NCBI GenBank assembly: GCA_965219415.1
Contig: CBDCNP010000002.1
Span: 3,168,001 to 3,232,000 of the forward strand
Source: Candidatus Marinacidobacterales bacterium
GTDB lineage: Bacteria; Acidobacteriota; Vicinamibacteria; Marinacidobacterales; DATDRI01
Length of the DNA stretch: 64,000 bases
Direction of reading: 5' to 3'
The notes under the pieces were generated by a model. The model saw only the letters and a program-made list of their open reading frames with translations. It searched no databases and had not been told where the DNA came from. The position numbers and the translations under genes were made by a program. Shown in pieces: positions 1 to 9,765 of the stretch. Position 1 is the stretch's first letter. Every line of letters starts with the position of its first letter.

Positions 1-360
1 TTCGACCCGAACTTTGTAAATGGCATCGAAAGATCGGTACCCGATCCACTGACCGTCGGGTGAGAAGAAAGGGACTTCTGCGCGCTCGGTGTCCGGTATC
101 AGCCTTGCTTCGAACCGATCCATCTCTCGGACGAGGAGCCCGTCGGCGGTCGCGAACGCGAGCAATCGGCCTTCAGGAGAGACAGCCGGAGGCGAGATGC
201 CGAGAGAAAGCCGTGCGAGATAGCCGAACTCTCCCGCCGGGCGGTCGATGGAGAAGCGCGTCACGGGACGAGGAGTTGTCTCGGGAGGTGGCATCAGGAT
301 CCATACTCCGATCCCACCGAGGACAAAAGCGATTGACGTCGGGATCGCCCAGGGCCAACG
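1..360 (-). CDS. Partial TM + PD40/TolB-like beta-propeller protein (resembles the C-terminal half of a Ser/Thr kinase; runs off the window edge, start unclear)
   Basis: Manual translation of the minus strand, not in the ORF track: RWPWAIPTSIAFVLGGIGVWILM...PVTRFSI...PAVSPEGRLLAF...VPFFSPDGQWIGY. Confidence 0.65.
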
Positions 361-367
361 TCGATGC

Positions 368-391
368 CCAACTCGGTCCGGACCGAGTTGG
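368..391. repeat. Perfect 24-bp palindrome
   Basis: ccaactcggtcc|ggaccgagttgg. Confidence 0.8.
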
Positions 392-437
392 CGGCCCGCG
401 GGTTGCTTCCGCGCTTCAGGAATCCAGAGCTTCCTTA

Positions 438-1832
438 TTAAAAGAAGGGCTCCACTTTCTCGGGCGGGGTCGGTTCGGTGAGAAGCGAGACAATGACCAG
501 AGCCGCAACCGAAAGTGTGATCGCAGGAATGACGGCTTTTACCGGGCCCGTGTAAAGAAGATTCCAGAGCAGCGTCGTCGTCGTTCCGGTGGCGATAGAC
601 GCAACCGCGCCTGCGCCGGTGGCTCGCCTCCAAAAAAACGTTGCGATCAGGGCTGGAGCGATCGATGTCCCCCATATCGTATAGGCCAAGAGCGCGACCG
701 AGAGAAACCGATCCGAAAGAGTCGACAAGAAATACGCCACTAGCCCGAGAAGAATCGTCGCGATTCTTAACCGGACGACCAACGTACGGCCGCTCGCCTG
801 CGGGTTCAGAAACCTCTGGTAGATATCACGCACCAAAGTCGTGGCGGGTACGAGGAGGCAGCTCGTGGCAGTCGACAAAACGATGGCCATCACGGTCGTG
901 AGCATGAGCGCACCGAGGCCCACCGGCAAGAAATCGCGGGCCGCATAGGGGATGACCCGACCGGGAATATCCATTTCGGGAATCAGCGAGGAGCCGACCC
1001 ACGCGTTCAAGATGATCATCGCCTCCAGGAAGGTCACACCCAACGCCGTCCAAAGCGCCGCCTTTTTTGCGACGAGCGCCGTCCGGGCGGAGAAAAACCG
1101 CTGGTAAAGATTCGCTTCGGCCAAGATGAGAAGGCCGGTGGGGAGCGACAAACCGATGGCTTCAACGAATCCGATGGGACCGATGAGTTGGAAGTGCGAG
1201 GGCTCGAGGACTTCGCGCATCCCTTCCACACCGCCGGCGCGCATGAACAACATCACGAACGTGATCGACATGCCGACGATCATCGTGATACCGGAGACGA
1301 CACCGATGTGGGCGACCGAGACCATGCCTCCAAACGTGGTGTAGAGCACGATGAAGATGGCTGATAGGACGACGGCTGGCTGATAGGGAAGCTCGGGAAG
1401 GGCGAGGTTCAAGACGGCTCCCGCGGCGCGGAACTGATAAGAAAGGATCGTGCTGTAGGCCATGAGGAGAGCGAGGGTGCCGAAGAGTCGGGCCGCCAAG
1501 TTGTAGCGGCGTTCGAGCAAGTCCGGAATCGTAATCTGTTGGAGCGCCCGCGCCCGGCCGGCTACAAAGCTCAGAAAGAATATCGACATGATGGACGCGA
1601 CCGGAAGAATCCAAGCCGATAGGCCGACTTCGTAGGTCTTTTCGGAGTTGCCGAAAAAGCTCCCGCTCCCGATCCAAGTCGCGATCATGGTGAAGGAGAG
1701 AACGAAGGTTCCCAGCCTGCGGCCGGCGACCGAGAAATCTTCCTGAGTGGAGACGCCGCGGCTTCCTCGCACGGCGACGATGACGAGCAAAAGGAAGTAG
1801 CTGGTTATGGCCCAGAGGTAAATGCTGCTCAC
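438..1832 (-). CDS. Sodium:solute symporter (SSS) family protein
   Basis: 464 aa, multi-TM; DFSVAGR, ATWIGSGS, TIPDLLERRY, YQRFFSA motifs. Confidence 0.92.
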   Translation of the reverse strand: MSSIYLWAITSYFLLLVIVAVRGSRGVSTQEDFSVAGRRLGTFVLSFTMIATWIGSGSFFGNSEKTYEVGLSAWILPVASIMSIFFLSFVAGRARALQQITIPDLLERRYNLAARLFGTLALLMAYSTILSYQFRAAGAVLNLALPELPYQPAVVLSAIFIVLYTTFGGMVSVAHIGVVSGITMIVGMSITFVMLFMRAGGVEGMREVLEPSHFQLIGPIGFVEAIGLSLPTGLLILAEANLYQRFFSARTALVAKKAALWTALGVTFLEAMIILNAWVGSSLIPEMDIPGRVIPYAARDFLPVGLGALMLTTVMAIVLSTATSCLLVPATTLVRDIYQRFLNPQASGRTLVVRLRIATILLGLVAYFLSTLSDRFLSVALLAYTIWGTSIAPALIATFFWRRATGAGAVASIATGTTTTLLWNLLYTGPVKAVIPAITLSVAALVIVSLLTEPTPPEKVEPFF

Positions 1833-1940
1833 GCGGTTGTTCGTAGCACAGTCTTCAGGGTGGTTTCCACCGCTCTTTTTCGTCCTATCTATCAGGGATT
1901 AGGAGTCTTAATCGACTTTCTAGGTGGGGTTATTATGGTG

Positions 1941-1980
1941 TTGAAAAAAAGCTATAACCAAGCTAATATAGAGCTATATT
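1941..1980 (+). promoter_or_regulatory. Sigma70-like promoter with an overlapping inverted-repeat operator of the FitA/VapC operon
   Basis: TTGAAA(1941)-17 bp-TAATAT(1964); inverted repeat aatatag-ag-ctatatt at 1965-1980. Confidence 0.6.
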
Positions 1981-1991
1981 GGAGCCACGGA

Positions 1992-2228
1992 ATGGGAGTT
2001 AGCCTGTCGATCAAGAATGTCCCGGACGACTGGGTGGAGCGCCTCCGCGACCGCGCGGAGCGACACCACCGCTCCCTTCAAGGGGAGCTGATGAGCATCT
2101 TAGAGTTGACGCTGGAGTCGGAAAAGCGACGGACTGTTGAGGAATTGCTCGAGGAGAATCGAAGGCTGGGCATCTCGACGCCGTCGGAATCGGCGGCGAT
2201 GATCCGGGCAGATCGAGATGGCCGTTAA
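1992..2228 (+). CDS. FitA/Arc-like ribbon-helix-helix antitoxin
   Basis: MGVSLSIKNVPDDWVERLRDRAERHHRSLQGEL...MIRADRD; overlaps the PIN toxin start; start moved to ATG 1992. Confidence 0.85.
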   Translation: MGVSLSIKNVPDDWVERLRDRAERHHRSLQGELMSILELTLESEKRRTVEELLEENRRLGISTPSESAAMIRADRDGR

Positions 2229-2604
2229 GGTCATCGACGCGTCGGCTTTCGCCGCGATCCTCTTTAGTGAGCCCGAAGCGCGCGAGGTCGCGGAGCGACT
2301 CGGAGGAAGTGCGCTGGTCGCACCTGCCCTCCTGCCTTTTGAAGTGGCTAGCGTTTGCCTCAAGAAGATCCGGCGTCATCCCGAAATGCGACAACAGTTG
2401 CTCGATGCGTACGCTCGCAGGGGCAGAATTGGGGTCGAGGAGGTGGAGGTAACGCTAGACGACGTGGTGACGCTTGCGGAGCAAACCAAACTCACTTGCT
2501 ACGACGCGGCATATCTCTGGTTGGCGACTCGGTTGAAAGCCGACCTTGTGACGCTCGATAAACGTCTAGGCGGCGCAGTGCACAAACCTTCACGATCGTT
2601 CTGA
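2218..2604 (+). CDS. vapC: Type II TA toxin, PIN domain (VapC family)
   Basis: VIDAS, E, YDAAYL, LVTLD acidic PIN motifs. Confidence 0.9.
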   Translation: MAVKVIDASAFAAILFSEPEAREVAERLGGSALVAPALLPFEVASVCLKKIRRHPEMRQQLLDAYARRGRIGVEEVEVTLDDVVTLAEQTKLTCYDAAYLWLATRLKADLVTLDKRLGGAVHKPSRSF

Positions 2605-2658
2605 GAAAAGGAGAATAGCCAGCGACACGCGTTTCTCCATCGTTTCCTGAGGGACGGT

Positions 2659-2982
2659 CTACGGTGCAAACATCGCACTCAATACATTCAGAATCGACTC
2701 ACACGTTTTCCGCTCTAGCCGACCGAGTTTTCTGACTAACCGACTGCCATCCACGGTGCGAATCTGGTCCAGCACGACTTGGCCGGCCTTCCCTTTGAAG
2801 CGGCACGGAACGCGCGTGGGGTAGCCTCGACTCTTGCTCGTCATGGGAGCGACGACGACCGTCCGGAAATGTCGGTTCATCTCATCGGGAGAAACGACGA
2901 CGCACGGTCTCGCCTTCCGGATCTCGGCGCCAATCGTTGGAGCTAGGCTGACCAAAAAGATGTCGCAGCGATTGATCACCAT
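2659..2982 (-). CDS. mazF: PemK/MazF endoribonuclease toxin
   Basis: GAEIRKARPCVVVS, VVVAPMTS, DQIRTVD; start taken as MVINR at 2982. Confidence 0.92.
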   Translation of the reverse strand: MVINRCDIFLVSLAPTIGAEIRKARPCVVVSPDEMNRHFRTVVVAPMTSKSRGYPTRVPCRFKGKAGQVVLDQIRTVDGSRLVRKLGRLERKTCESILNVLSAMFAP

Positions 2983-3230
2983 TCCCACTCTTCTTCGTCC
3001 CATCGGGTAGGCGGAAGCGAACCGGCGTCCAGTAGCGCGTCGTCACCTAGGCGGGCCATTTCCTGAAATGCTGCCTCCCAACCTTCCCGCACCGGCCTCG
3101 CGGGGCGTATAACGAGCGAGTCGTCTTGAACGAAGATCTCCACCTGCTTGCTCAACCCGGTCTGCTCGATGAGGACCTTGGGGATACGGATTCCCTGAGA
3201 GTTGCCGATACGGACTATTTGCCCTTTCAC
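2976..3230 (-). CDS. mazE: AbrB/MazE antitoxin
   Basis: IVRIGNSQGIRIPK and C-terminal WDEEEWEW; likely GTG start at 3230 (ORF open to 3257). Confidence 0.9.
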   Translation of the reverse strand: MKGQIVRIGNSQGIRIPKVLIEQTGLSKQVEIFVQDDSLVIRPARPVREGWEAAFQEMARLGDDALLDAGSLPPTRWDEEEWEW

Positions 3231-3255
3231 CGAGGCCCCTTTTTTGCGACGAGTC

Positions 3256-3294
3256 ATGTGATTACATTGTAATCACATACGATTACCGGGTCAA
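3256..3294 (-). promoter_or_regulatory. mazEF promoter with palindromic operator centred on the -10
   Basis: TTGACC-17 bp-TACAAT on the minus strand; atgtgattaca-t-tgtaatcacat at 3256-3278. Confidence 0.8.
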
Positions 3295-3371
3295 CTGAGA
3301 CCCCAGCACCCGCTTTCCTCAAGAGACGAAAAAAGGAAGGGAGAGCCACCCGGACGGGGCGCTTTCTGAAT

Positions 3372-4614
3372 CTAGCGGAAGCTCCGGCCCAGAGAAAAAA
3401 CGAACCGCGCCGATCCGTCGTCGCCAATCGCGATCACCGCCGCCACCAGCCCGACGCCGGTCTCCATGAGCAGCCCAGCGCTATAGCTGCTCCGTACGTC
3501 CGCGTCATCGAAGTCGTCGAACGCACTCCCGAACTCCACCAGTCCTGTCACATAAACCGCTGCGCCGACGAAATCAGGAAGCCGAGAGATCTGCTTCAAA
3601 TAGGCCACACTCCCGAGAAGGAATTTATCTCCGCGCGGTGCGCTTGCCAGTCTTCCTCGCCGAGCGCCAGCTTCATCAGCTCGGATGCATGCGCCGCCGC
3701 GGCTACCGCACCTAGGTCAGCAATCGCGTCGCTCTTTCGCCAATCGGTGGCGCCGATGTTTTGAAGATCCGGTCGGATGATGATGTCCGCGTCGTCCAAT
3801 CCGTGAGTGGAGCCGTGCTGGATCATGATCGTGAGAGATTGCGAGGCTTGCTCCAGGACAGAGCGAAGCTCGTCGCGGCTCTTCAAGGCCTCGCCGACAT
3901 CCACCGCGATCACGAAATCGGCACCCATTGCGCGCACGATGTCGCCCGGGACATTATTTAGTAGACCACCGTCGACTAAGAGTCGCCCTTGCCAGTCTTA
4001 CGGGCGCGAACACGCCAGGGATTGCCATGGTGGCTCGCATCGCGAGACCGAGAGAGCCGTGGTCGAGCGTCACCAGCTCACCCTCCTCCAAATCAGTCGC
4101 CATGCAGCGAAACGGGATGCGGAGCTCATCGAAGCTCGGAAGTGACGAATAGGGCAGACCGATCCGACTCAGCATCAGTCCGACAAAGTGCCTGGAGTCT
4201 AGGCTGCTCGGTAAGCTGAATCCGTGTCGCAGGCCGAGCTCGAGCTTCACTTGATACTGGCGGCGGTCTTGTTTGCGGCGGAACTCCTTGAGCGAATACG
4301 GTGCCTCGCCGGAGAACACGAGATCCCAGTCCGCATTGTGCAAAAGCTCGCGAATGTCCGAGGCGGTCATGCCGGTTGCGTAGCTGCCGCCGACGAGTCC
4401 TCCCATACTGGTGCCCGCGATGTAGTCGACGGGGATGCGGTTCTCCTCGAGCCATTCGAGGACCCCGACGTGGGCGATGCCGCGGGCGCTCCCGCCTCCG
4501 AGGGCAAGCCCGATGCGGGGGCGTGGTGTGTCTTCCTGGGCGCTGGCGATTCCGCAGACGAGTAGCAATAGCGCGGAGGCCAACCAGCGGGGCGGTGCGG
4601 GTGAAAGCGTCCAT
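3372..4614 (-). pseudogene. Patatin phospholipase fused to an Omp85-like barrel (PlpD-like), frameshifted and internally deleted
   Basis: GGGSARG, GTSMG and DGG motifs split across frames; final segment ends ARFVFSLGRSFR (beta-signal-like); POTRA and most of the barrel absent. Confidence 0.75.
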
Positions 4615-4782
4615 GAGTGAGCGCGACATACTACCGGGAAACCGCGAAAAAAACCAGCCGGCGCGGCAGAGTCGTCGGAATATTCCCTTTGTTTACAGCA
4701 AGATAGGACCCAAAACCCGGGGTCGGGAAGGCAAAAATTTCTCTTAACCTACCGATAGATATGTCTTATGGACGATCGAAAC

Positions 4783-4811
4783 TTGACAAACAGTTCACTT
4801 TCACCTAACTT
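4783..4811 (+). promoter_or_regulatory. Sigma70-like promoter of the HNH gene
   Basis: TTGACA(4783)-17 bp-TAACTT(4806); GGAGGT RBS at 4861 before ATG 4874. Confidence 0.6.
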
Positions 4812-4873
4812 ACACAAAGCAGGCCGAGTTGAGAAGTTTCGGCCAAAAACCTTTGGTGCTGGAGGTGCCTCCT

Positions 4874-6114
4874 ATGAACGCAACTTTAAATGCGACTTTG
4901 ACGCAAGATTCGACAGAGGTCGGGTTGGTTCGCCCGACCTCGAACTTTCCATCGAAGAGCTCGATCTCAAACTCGAACGTATCGTCCGAGTACACGAGGG
5001 ATCGGAGAGGCTCATTTGCGAATACCTGGTTGCCATGCGCGAGGCGACGCGGGTACGAGAAATTCGGTTTCGTGGACGTTTATTACATGCGGAAGAACGC
5101 TTCGGCTTTTCTCCGCGTAAGACCCGTTACCTTCTCCAGCTAGGTCAAAACCTCGAGAAACTCCCGCAGCTCAAGAAGGCACTGGAAGAAGGTAAGCTCG
5201 GATGGACCAAGGCGAGCCGGGTGGCCCGGGTAGCAACGAGCGAGGACGAAGCGATGTGGCTCGACTCGGCGCTATCTCTTTCCGTACGCGAGCTCGATCG
5301 TAAGATCGAGGGAGAAAGGGACGCGGCCGAGGTCAAGGTCCGTGCCTGGCTGACGGAAGATCAAGCGGCGGTGTTCGACCATGCCGTCGAAACCTGTCGT
5401 CGCGTCGCGGGTGAGGATCTGGACATCGGACGGTGCCTGGAGTTCATGGCGGCCGAGCTTATCGCGACGTACGCGCACTTGGGGCAACGGGAGGAGGAGC
5501 ATGACGAGGAGAACGACTGCTCTGAACAGCCGGCCCTGTCAGACGAAGAAAGCGCAGCGGTGGAGCAGCACATCTGTCCGGAAGGCGACGAGCTTCCTTG
5601 GCCGATCGTCCAGAACTACGGCAAGACCTGGAACGAAGTGTTGGAGAGAGATGACTACCGTTGCCAGTACCCTGACTGCGGCGCTCGCGCGCAGCTACAC
5701 GTGCATCACATCAGGTTCCGGAGCCGCAGCGGACGAAAGAGTCGCGCCGAAAGCAACTCGCCGCCGAATCTGATCTCAATTTGCGTTTTTCATCATCGCA
5801 GTATTCACGCCGCGACGATCGGGGTGAAAGGTCGGGCGCCCTCGGAGCTCGAGTGGCGTCGGCCGGCGCTGATGGAGAAGGTGCTGCAGAGGAGCTATGG
5901 CGTGTGTGCCGAGTCCGGTGGCGAACTCGCTCGAGAGCCGGGTCCGGTTTACTTGGTCAACGGGCGCGGCCGGCGACCGGCTGCCAGCGTCAAAGTGCGG
6001 TGTCTCACGATTCAACTTCGCAAGACACCAGTTTGGAAAACGTTTTCCAAATCCGAATCTGGGTCAAAAAGTAACAATCACCATACGCTCACGTTGGGAT
6101 CGTCGCGCACGTAG
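4874..6114 (+). CDS. DUF222-like helical domain + HNH endonuclease (apparent small frameshifts near 4945 and 5040-5090; stop position uncertain)
   Basis: LEKLPQLKKALEEGKLGWTKA helical motif; VLERDDYRCQYPDC..LHVHHI..N..NLISICVFHHRSIH HNH/Zn motif. Confidence 0.8.
6032..6076. repeat. Dispersed element terminus, copy 1 (20-bp palindrome + 17 bp + AAGTAACA)
   Basis: tttggaaaac|gttttccaaa; the reverse complement of 6033-6076 aligns ungapped to 40672-40715 (34/44 by hand). Confidence 0.7.
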
Positions 6115-6703
6115 AAGCGCAAAGGTTTTTTCGCCCACTGCCGCGCGTAGGCCACACCGATGCGAGTGGCGGTGACGATGCGTCCTTCGGGTATGGATTT
6201 CCCTCGCTCGACGTAGAGCTCCTTGCCGTCGACGAGATATCCAGCCGGCCGAGCTTGCCGTCGATGCGGAGCGCCTGTGTGAGCTTGGCAGGTCCCGAGC
6301 AGAGGTCGGTGTCCTTCAAGCGATTGCGTGAGACCTTGCCGCCTCGATGGCGTCGCATGACCTCGACCCCGTCCAGCGGCTCGAGTGCGCGGATCAGACA
6401 AGCCGTGGGTTGACCCTCCCTCTCAGCGACGACGTTCAAGAGCCAATGCATGCCGTAAGTGAAATAGACGTACGCGTGGCCCGCGTCCATCCACATCGTT
6501 TCGGTGCGCTTGGTGCGCCGACCTCCGAAGCTGTGCGCCGCCCGGTCCGGAATGCCAAGGTAGGCTTCGGTCTCGACGATGAGACCTGCGAGCTGCACTC
6601 CATTCCCGAGCTGGCGCACCAGCTTTTTCCCGAGGAGCGCCCGAGCTAGCGTCACCGGGTCGCGCCGGAAAAATCTACGTTTGAGTGGAGTAGGGCGTCC
6701 CAT
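6078..6703 (-). CDS. mpg: DNA-3-methyladenine glycosylase (MPG family), frameshift near 6245
   Basis: IVETEAY, YVYFTYGMH, LIRALEP, SGPAKL; C-terminus RIGVAYA..KPLRFY in the adjacent frame. Confidence 0.9.
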
Positions 6704-6776
6704 TGAGTACGGAGATTCTATGGCGCGACGGGGTACCTCTCAAAGTTGACCTGGGCCCGCTTGGGCCGAATTTGCT

Positions 6777-7958
6777 ATGGTCTCTACCCTCGATCGAATA
6801 CGTATGAGCACGGAACAGTCATCGTTGGCGGGCGACCTCGCCGAAATCCCCCGATTACTCGGCCGCATCGGCAAGCCCGAGGGGCCGACCCTCATCTGCC
6901 TCGGCGGCATCCATGGCAACGAGCCGGCCGGATTTCTAGCGCTCCGCCGTTTCTTCCAAAGAGTCGCGGCGCGGGACGGCTTGGGGGGTCGCATCATCGG
7001 ATTGTCGGGGAACCGCGCTGCCCTGGCCAAGAATCGCCGCTTCGTCGACCAGGATCTGAATCGCATCTGGACCCCGGAGGAGATGTCGAACGAGAGCTCG
7101 GCGGCGGAGCAATCGGAGCTCCAGGAGATCGCGAAGGAGATCCGCGCCGTTCTGGCGACCTGTACCGGCCGCGCTTACTTTCTCGACCTCCACACGACAT
7201 CGGGGCCGGGGCCGGCTTTCGCATTCCTCGAAGATACGCTCCCTAATCGCGAGTTCGCGTTCGAGTTCCCGGTACCCATCGTCTTGGGAGCGGAAGAAGA
7301 GCTCCCCGGCACGCTGGTTCAATATTTATGTGATCTTGGAGTGACCACACTCGGCTTCGAGGCCGGCCAACACGAAGATCCGGTCTCGGTCGACCGCGCC
7401 GAAGCCGCAATCTGGATCGCCATGGAGGCGGCGGGAATTGTAGAGCCGGGGAGTCGTCCCGAAGTCGCGACGGCTCGTCAGACATTGAAGGAGTCTAGCC
7501 AGTCGCTTCCCCGCATCGTGGAGATGCGCTACCGAAAACCGGTCGAGCCCGACGACGGGTTTCAGATGGCTCCCGGTTTTTCTAGCTTTCAAACGATAGA
7601 CGAAGGCCAGCTCATGGCTCACGATGGCGAAGGTCCTATCAAAGCCGCGACCCATGGTTTTCTCCTCATGCCGCTTTATCAAGAGCAGGGTCAAGACGGG
7701 TTTTTCATCGTGCGTCCGGTCCGCGCCTTTTGGCTCGCCTTATCCGCGAAACTCAGACAGCTAGAGTTCGAGCGCTTTCTTCACTGGTTGCCGGGCGTTC
7801 GACGACACGAAGATATCCCTGGAGCTTTCGTCGTGGACCAAGGGACGGCCCGATGGTTGGCGATGGAGCTCTTTCATCTCCTCGGGTTTCGCAGGCGTGG
7901 CGAGAAGGGCCGCTTCCTAATCCTGTCTCGTCGAGCTCATGATCTCGGCGGTACTTAG
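6777..7958 (+). CDS. Succinylglutamate desuccinylase/aspartoacylase family (M14-like)
   Basis: GGIHGNE, DLNR, LDLHTT, FEAG motifs. Confidence 0.88.
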   Translation: MVSTLDRIRMSTEQSSLAGDLAEIPRLLGRIGKPEGPTLICLGGIHGNEPAGFLALRRFFQRVAARDGLGGRIIGLSGNRAALAKNRRFVDQDLNRIWTPEEMSNESSAAEQSELQEIAKEIRAVLATCTGRAYFLDLHTTSGPGPAFAFLEDTLPNREFAFEFPVPIVLGAEEELPGTLVQYLCDLGVTTLGFEAGQHEDPVSVDRAEAAIWIAMEAAGIVEPGSRPEVATARQTLKESSQSLPRIVEMRYRKPVEPDDGFQMAPGFSSFQTIDEGQLMAHDGEGPIKAATHGFLLMPLYQEQGQDGFFIVRPVRAFWLALSAKLRQLEFERFLHWLPGVRRHEDIPGAFVVDQGTARWLAMELFHLLGFRRRGEKGRFLILSRRAHDLGGT

Positions 7959-8833
7959 CCGTGCAGTGACGAAATCTTTCCTTTGGGGCGCTTAGGGTCC
8001 AACACATCCCTCAGCCAGTCACCGAACACATTCGTCCCCAGAACGACCAGCATGATGGCAAGGCCCGGAAAGACCGCGAGGTGCCAGGCTACGGTCACGT
8101 AGGCGCGTCCGTCCGCAAGCATTCCGCCCCAGGAAGGGGTGGGGGGCTGAACTCCGATCCCTAAGAAACTAAGGCCCCCTTCGAAAATGATCATCATGCC
8201 GAAGTTGAGGGTCGCCATGACGACGACCGTGTTGAGGACGTTGGGGAGGATGTGTCGCAGAATCAATCGCGCCGGTCGGCATCCGGCCACACGCGCCGCC
8301 TCGATAAACTCGCTCTGCTTCACGCTTAGCACTTCGCCGCGGACCATCCGAGCGTAGCCGGGCCAGATGCCGAGAGTCAAGACGATGATGACGCTCATCA
8401 AGCTCGGGCCGAAGGCTCCGATGGCAGCGATGGCCATCAACATGAATGGCATCGCCAACTGCATGTCGGCGATTCTCATGATCAGAGTCTCTAACCGGCC
8501 GCCGAAAAATCCCGCCAGCAGTCCCAACGACGTGCCAAAGGCGAGCCCGAGGAACACCGAAAAGAAGCCGACCGAGAGAGATACTCTCGAGCCGTAGACC
8601 AGACGACTAAGGACGTCCCGGCCCAAGCTGTCGGTTCCCAAGAGATGGTCCGAGTTTCCTCCCTCCTCCCAAGCAGGCGGCAGCAAAGTGCTCGCGAGAT
8701 CCTGTCGGATGGGGTCATGACTCGTCACGAAGGGCGCTCCGATCGCGGTCAGCGCGAAGAGCAGCACGATGCCTCCGCTCAAGAGGGGAGACTTCCGGAG
8801 AATAAGTACTTTCGTGTCTATCGGGCCGTCCAT
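7955..8833 (-). CDS. Peptide/nickel ABC permease (DppC-like)
   Basis: LGTDSLGRD, FIEAAR, HILPN, LSFLGIG. Confidence 0.93.
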   Translation of the reverse strand: MDGPIDTKVLILRKSPLLSGGIVLLFALTAIGAPFVTSHDPIRQDLASTLLPPAWEEGGNSDHLLGTDSLGRDVLSRLVYGSRVSLSVGFFSVFLGLAFGTSLGLLAGFFGGRLETLIMRIADMQLAMPFMLMAIAAIGAFGPSLMSVIIVLTLGIWPGYARMVRGEVLSVKQSEFIEAARVAGCRPARLILRHILPNVLNTVVVMATLNFGMMIIFEGGLSFLGIGVQPPTPSWGGMLADGRAYVTVAWHLAVFPGLAIMLVVLGTNVFGDWLRDVLDPKRPKGKISSLHG

Positions 8834-8841
8834 CGTACCGA

Positions 8842-9759
8842 TCAGTTATGACTAATTCTCGGATCGATCCAGGAGTAGAGAATCTCGACCAGTAGATTGA
8901 CCAAGATGAATATGACCGACGCGACGACGACCACCGCCTGCACGACACGGAAATCATTGGATGAAATGGACTGTATGGCGAGGCGCCCCACACCCGGCCA
9001 CGCGAAGATGGTTTCCGTAATAATGGCCCCACCTAGTAAAGTCGCGAGCAGCTGGCCGACGTAGGTCACGACCGGGATGAGGGCGTTTCTGAAGGCGTGT
9101 CTCAAGATCACGATCTGCTCCGGAAATCCTCTGGTGCGGGCGGCGATGACGTATTCCTTTCCCAAGACGTCAAGCATCGCCGAGCGCGTGAGACGCATCA
9201 CCGCGGCCATCCCGAAGGTCCCTAGAGTCACCGCCGGCAGGACGAGGTGCTCCAGACCTCCTCGCCCAGAAATGGGCAGCATCTTTAGCTGGACTCCGAA
9301 GACGAGTATTGCCATGACGCCGAGCCAGTAATTGGGCGCCGCCTGTCCGACCAGAGCCATCATCTGTCCGACTCGATCTACTAAAGAGGAAGGATTCGTT
9401 GCCGAGAGGATCCCGACCGGTAACCCCACCAAGAGCATGAAGACCATGGACGCCACGGTGAGCTCGATGGTTGCCGGCAGGTGTTGAAGCACCAAACCCA
9501 TTGCCGGAGCCCGTCCCTGAAGGGATTCGCCAAAATCTCCCCGAAGAACGTTGCCGAAAAAGGCGAGGTATTGAATGTATAAGGGGCGGTCGAGTCCTAG
9601 CTCCCTTCGCAGTATCTCGGCGTCCTCCCTGGTGGCCATGGGATCCAGAAGAAGCGCAACCGGATCACCGAGAACATTTGTGATCAGGAAGACAAGGATC
9701 GTGATCCCCACGATCATCAAAAGGGAGTGGAAAAAGCGTCTCAGTATGAAAGTCGCCAC
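8842..9759 (-). CDS. Peptide/nickel ABC permease (DppB-like)
   Basis: LGLDRP, GDFGES, RHAFRNA, ETIFAWPG. Confidence 0.93.
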   Translation of the reverse strand: MATFILRRFFHSLLMIVGITILVFLITNVLGDPVALLLDPMATREDAEILRRELGLDRPLYIQYLAFFGNVLRGDFGESLQGRAPAMGLVLQHLPATIELTVASMVFMLLVGLPVGILSATNPSSLVDRVGQMMALVGQAAPNYWLGVMAILVFGVQLKMLPISGRGGLEHLVLPAVTLGTFGMAAVMRLTRSAMLDVLGKEYVIAARTRGFPEQIVILRHAFRNALIPVVTYVGQLLATLLGGAIITETIFAWPGVGRLAIQSISSNDFRVVQAVVVVASVIFILVNLLVEILYSWIDPRISHN

Positions 9760-9765
9760 GCCTGG

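Noticed and set aside
2643-3328. Loose direct repeats tttcct..gacg flanking mazEF
   Set aside because: Too short and gapped to support an insertion boundary.
4705-4731. Weak similarity to 40812-40832 as the missing HNH left end
   Set aside because: Needs multiple gaps and lacks TGTTACTT.
6032-6051. Palindrome as a simple LacI/PurR-family operator
   Set aside because: It resembles one, but lies between convergent gene ends and keeps fixed spacing to AAGTAACA in both copies; not fully excluded.
4874-6114. IscB/Cas9-like RNA-guided nuclease
   Set aside because: No PLMP or RuvC motifs seen; the N-terminus is DUF222-like.
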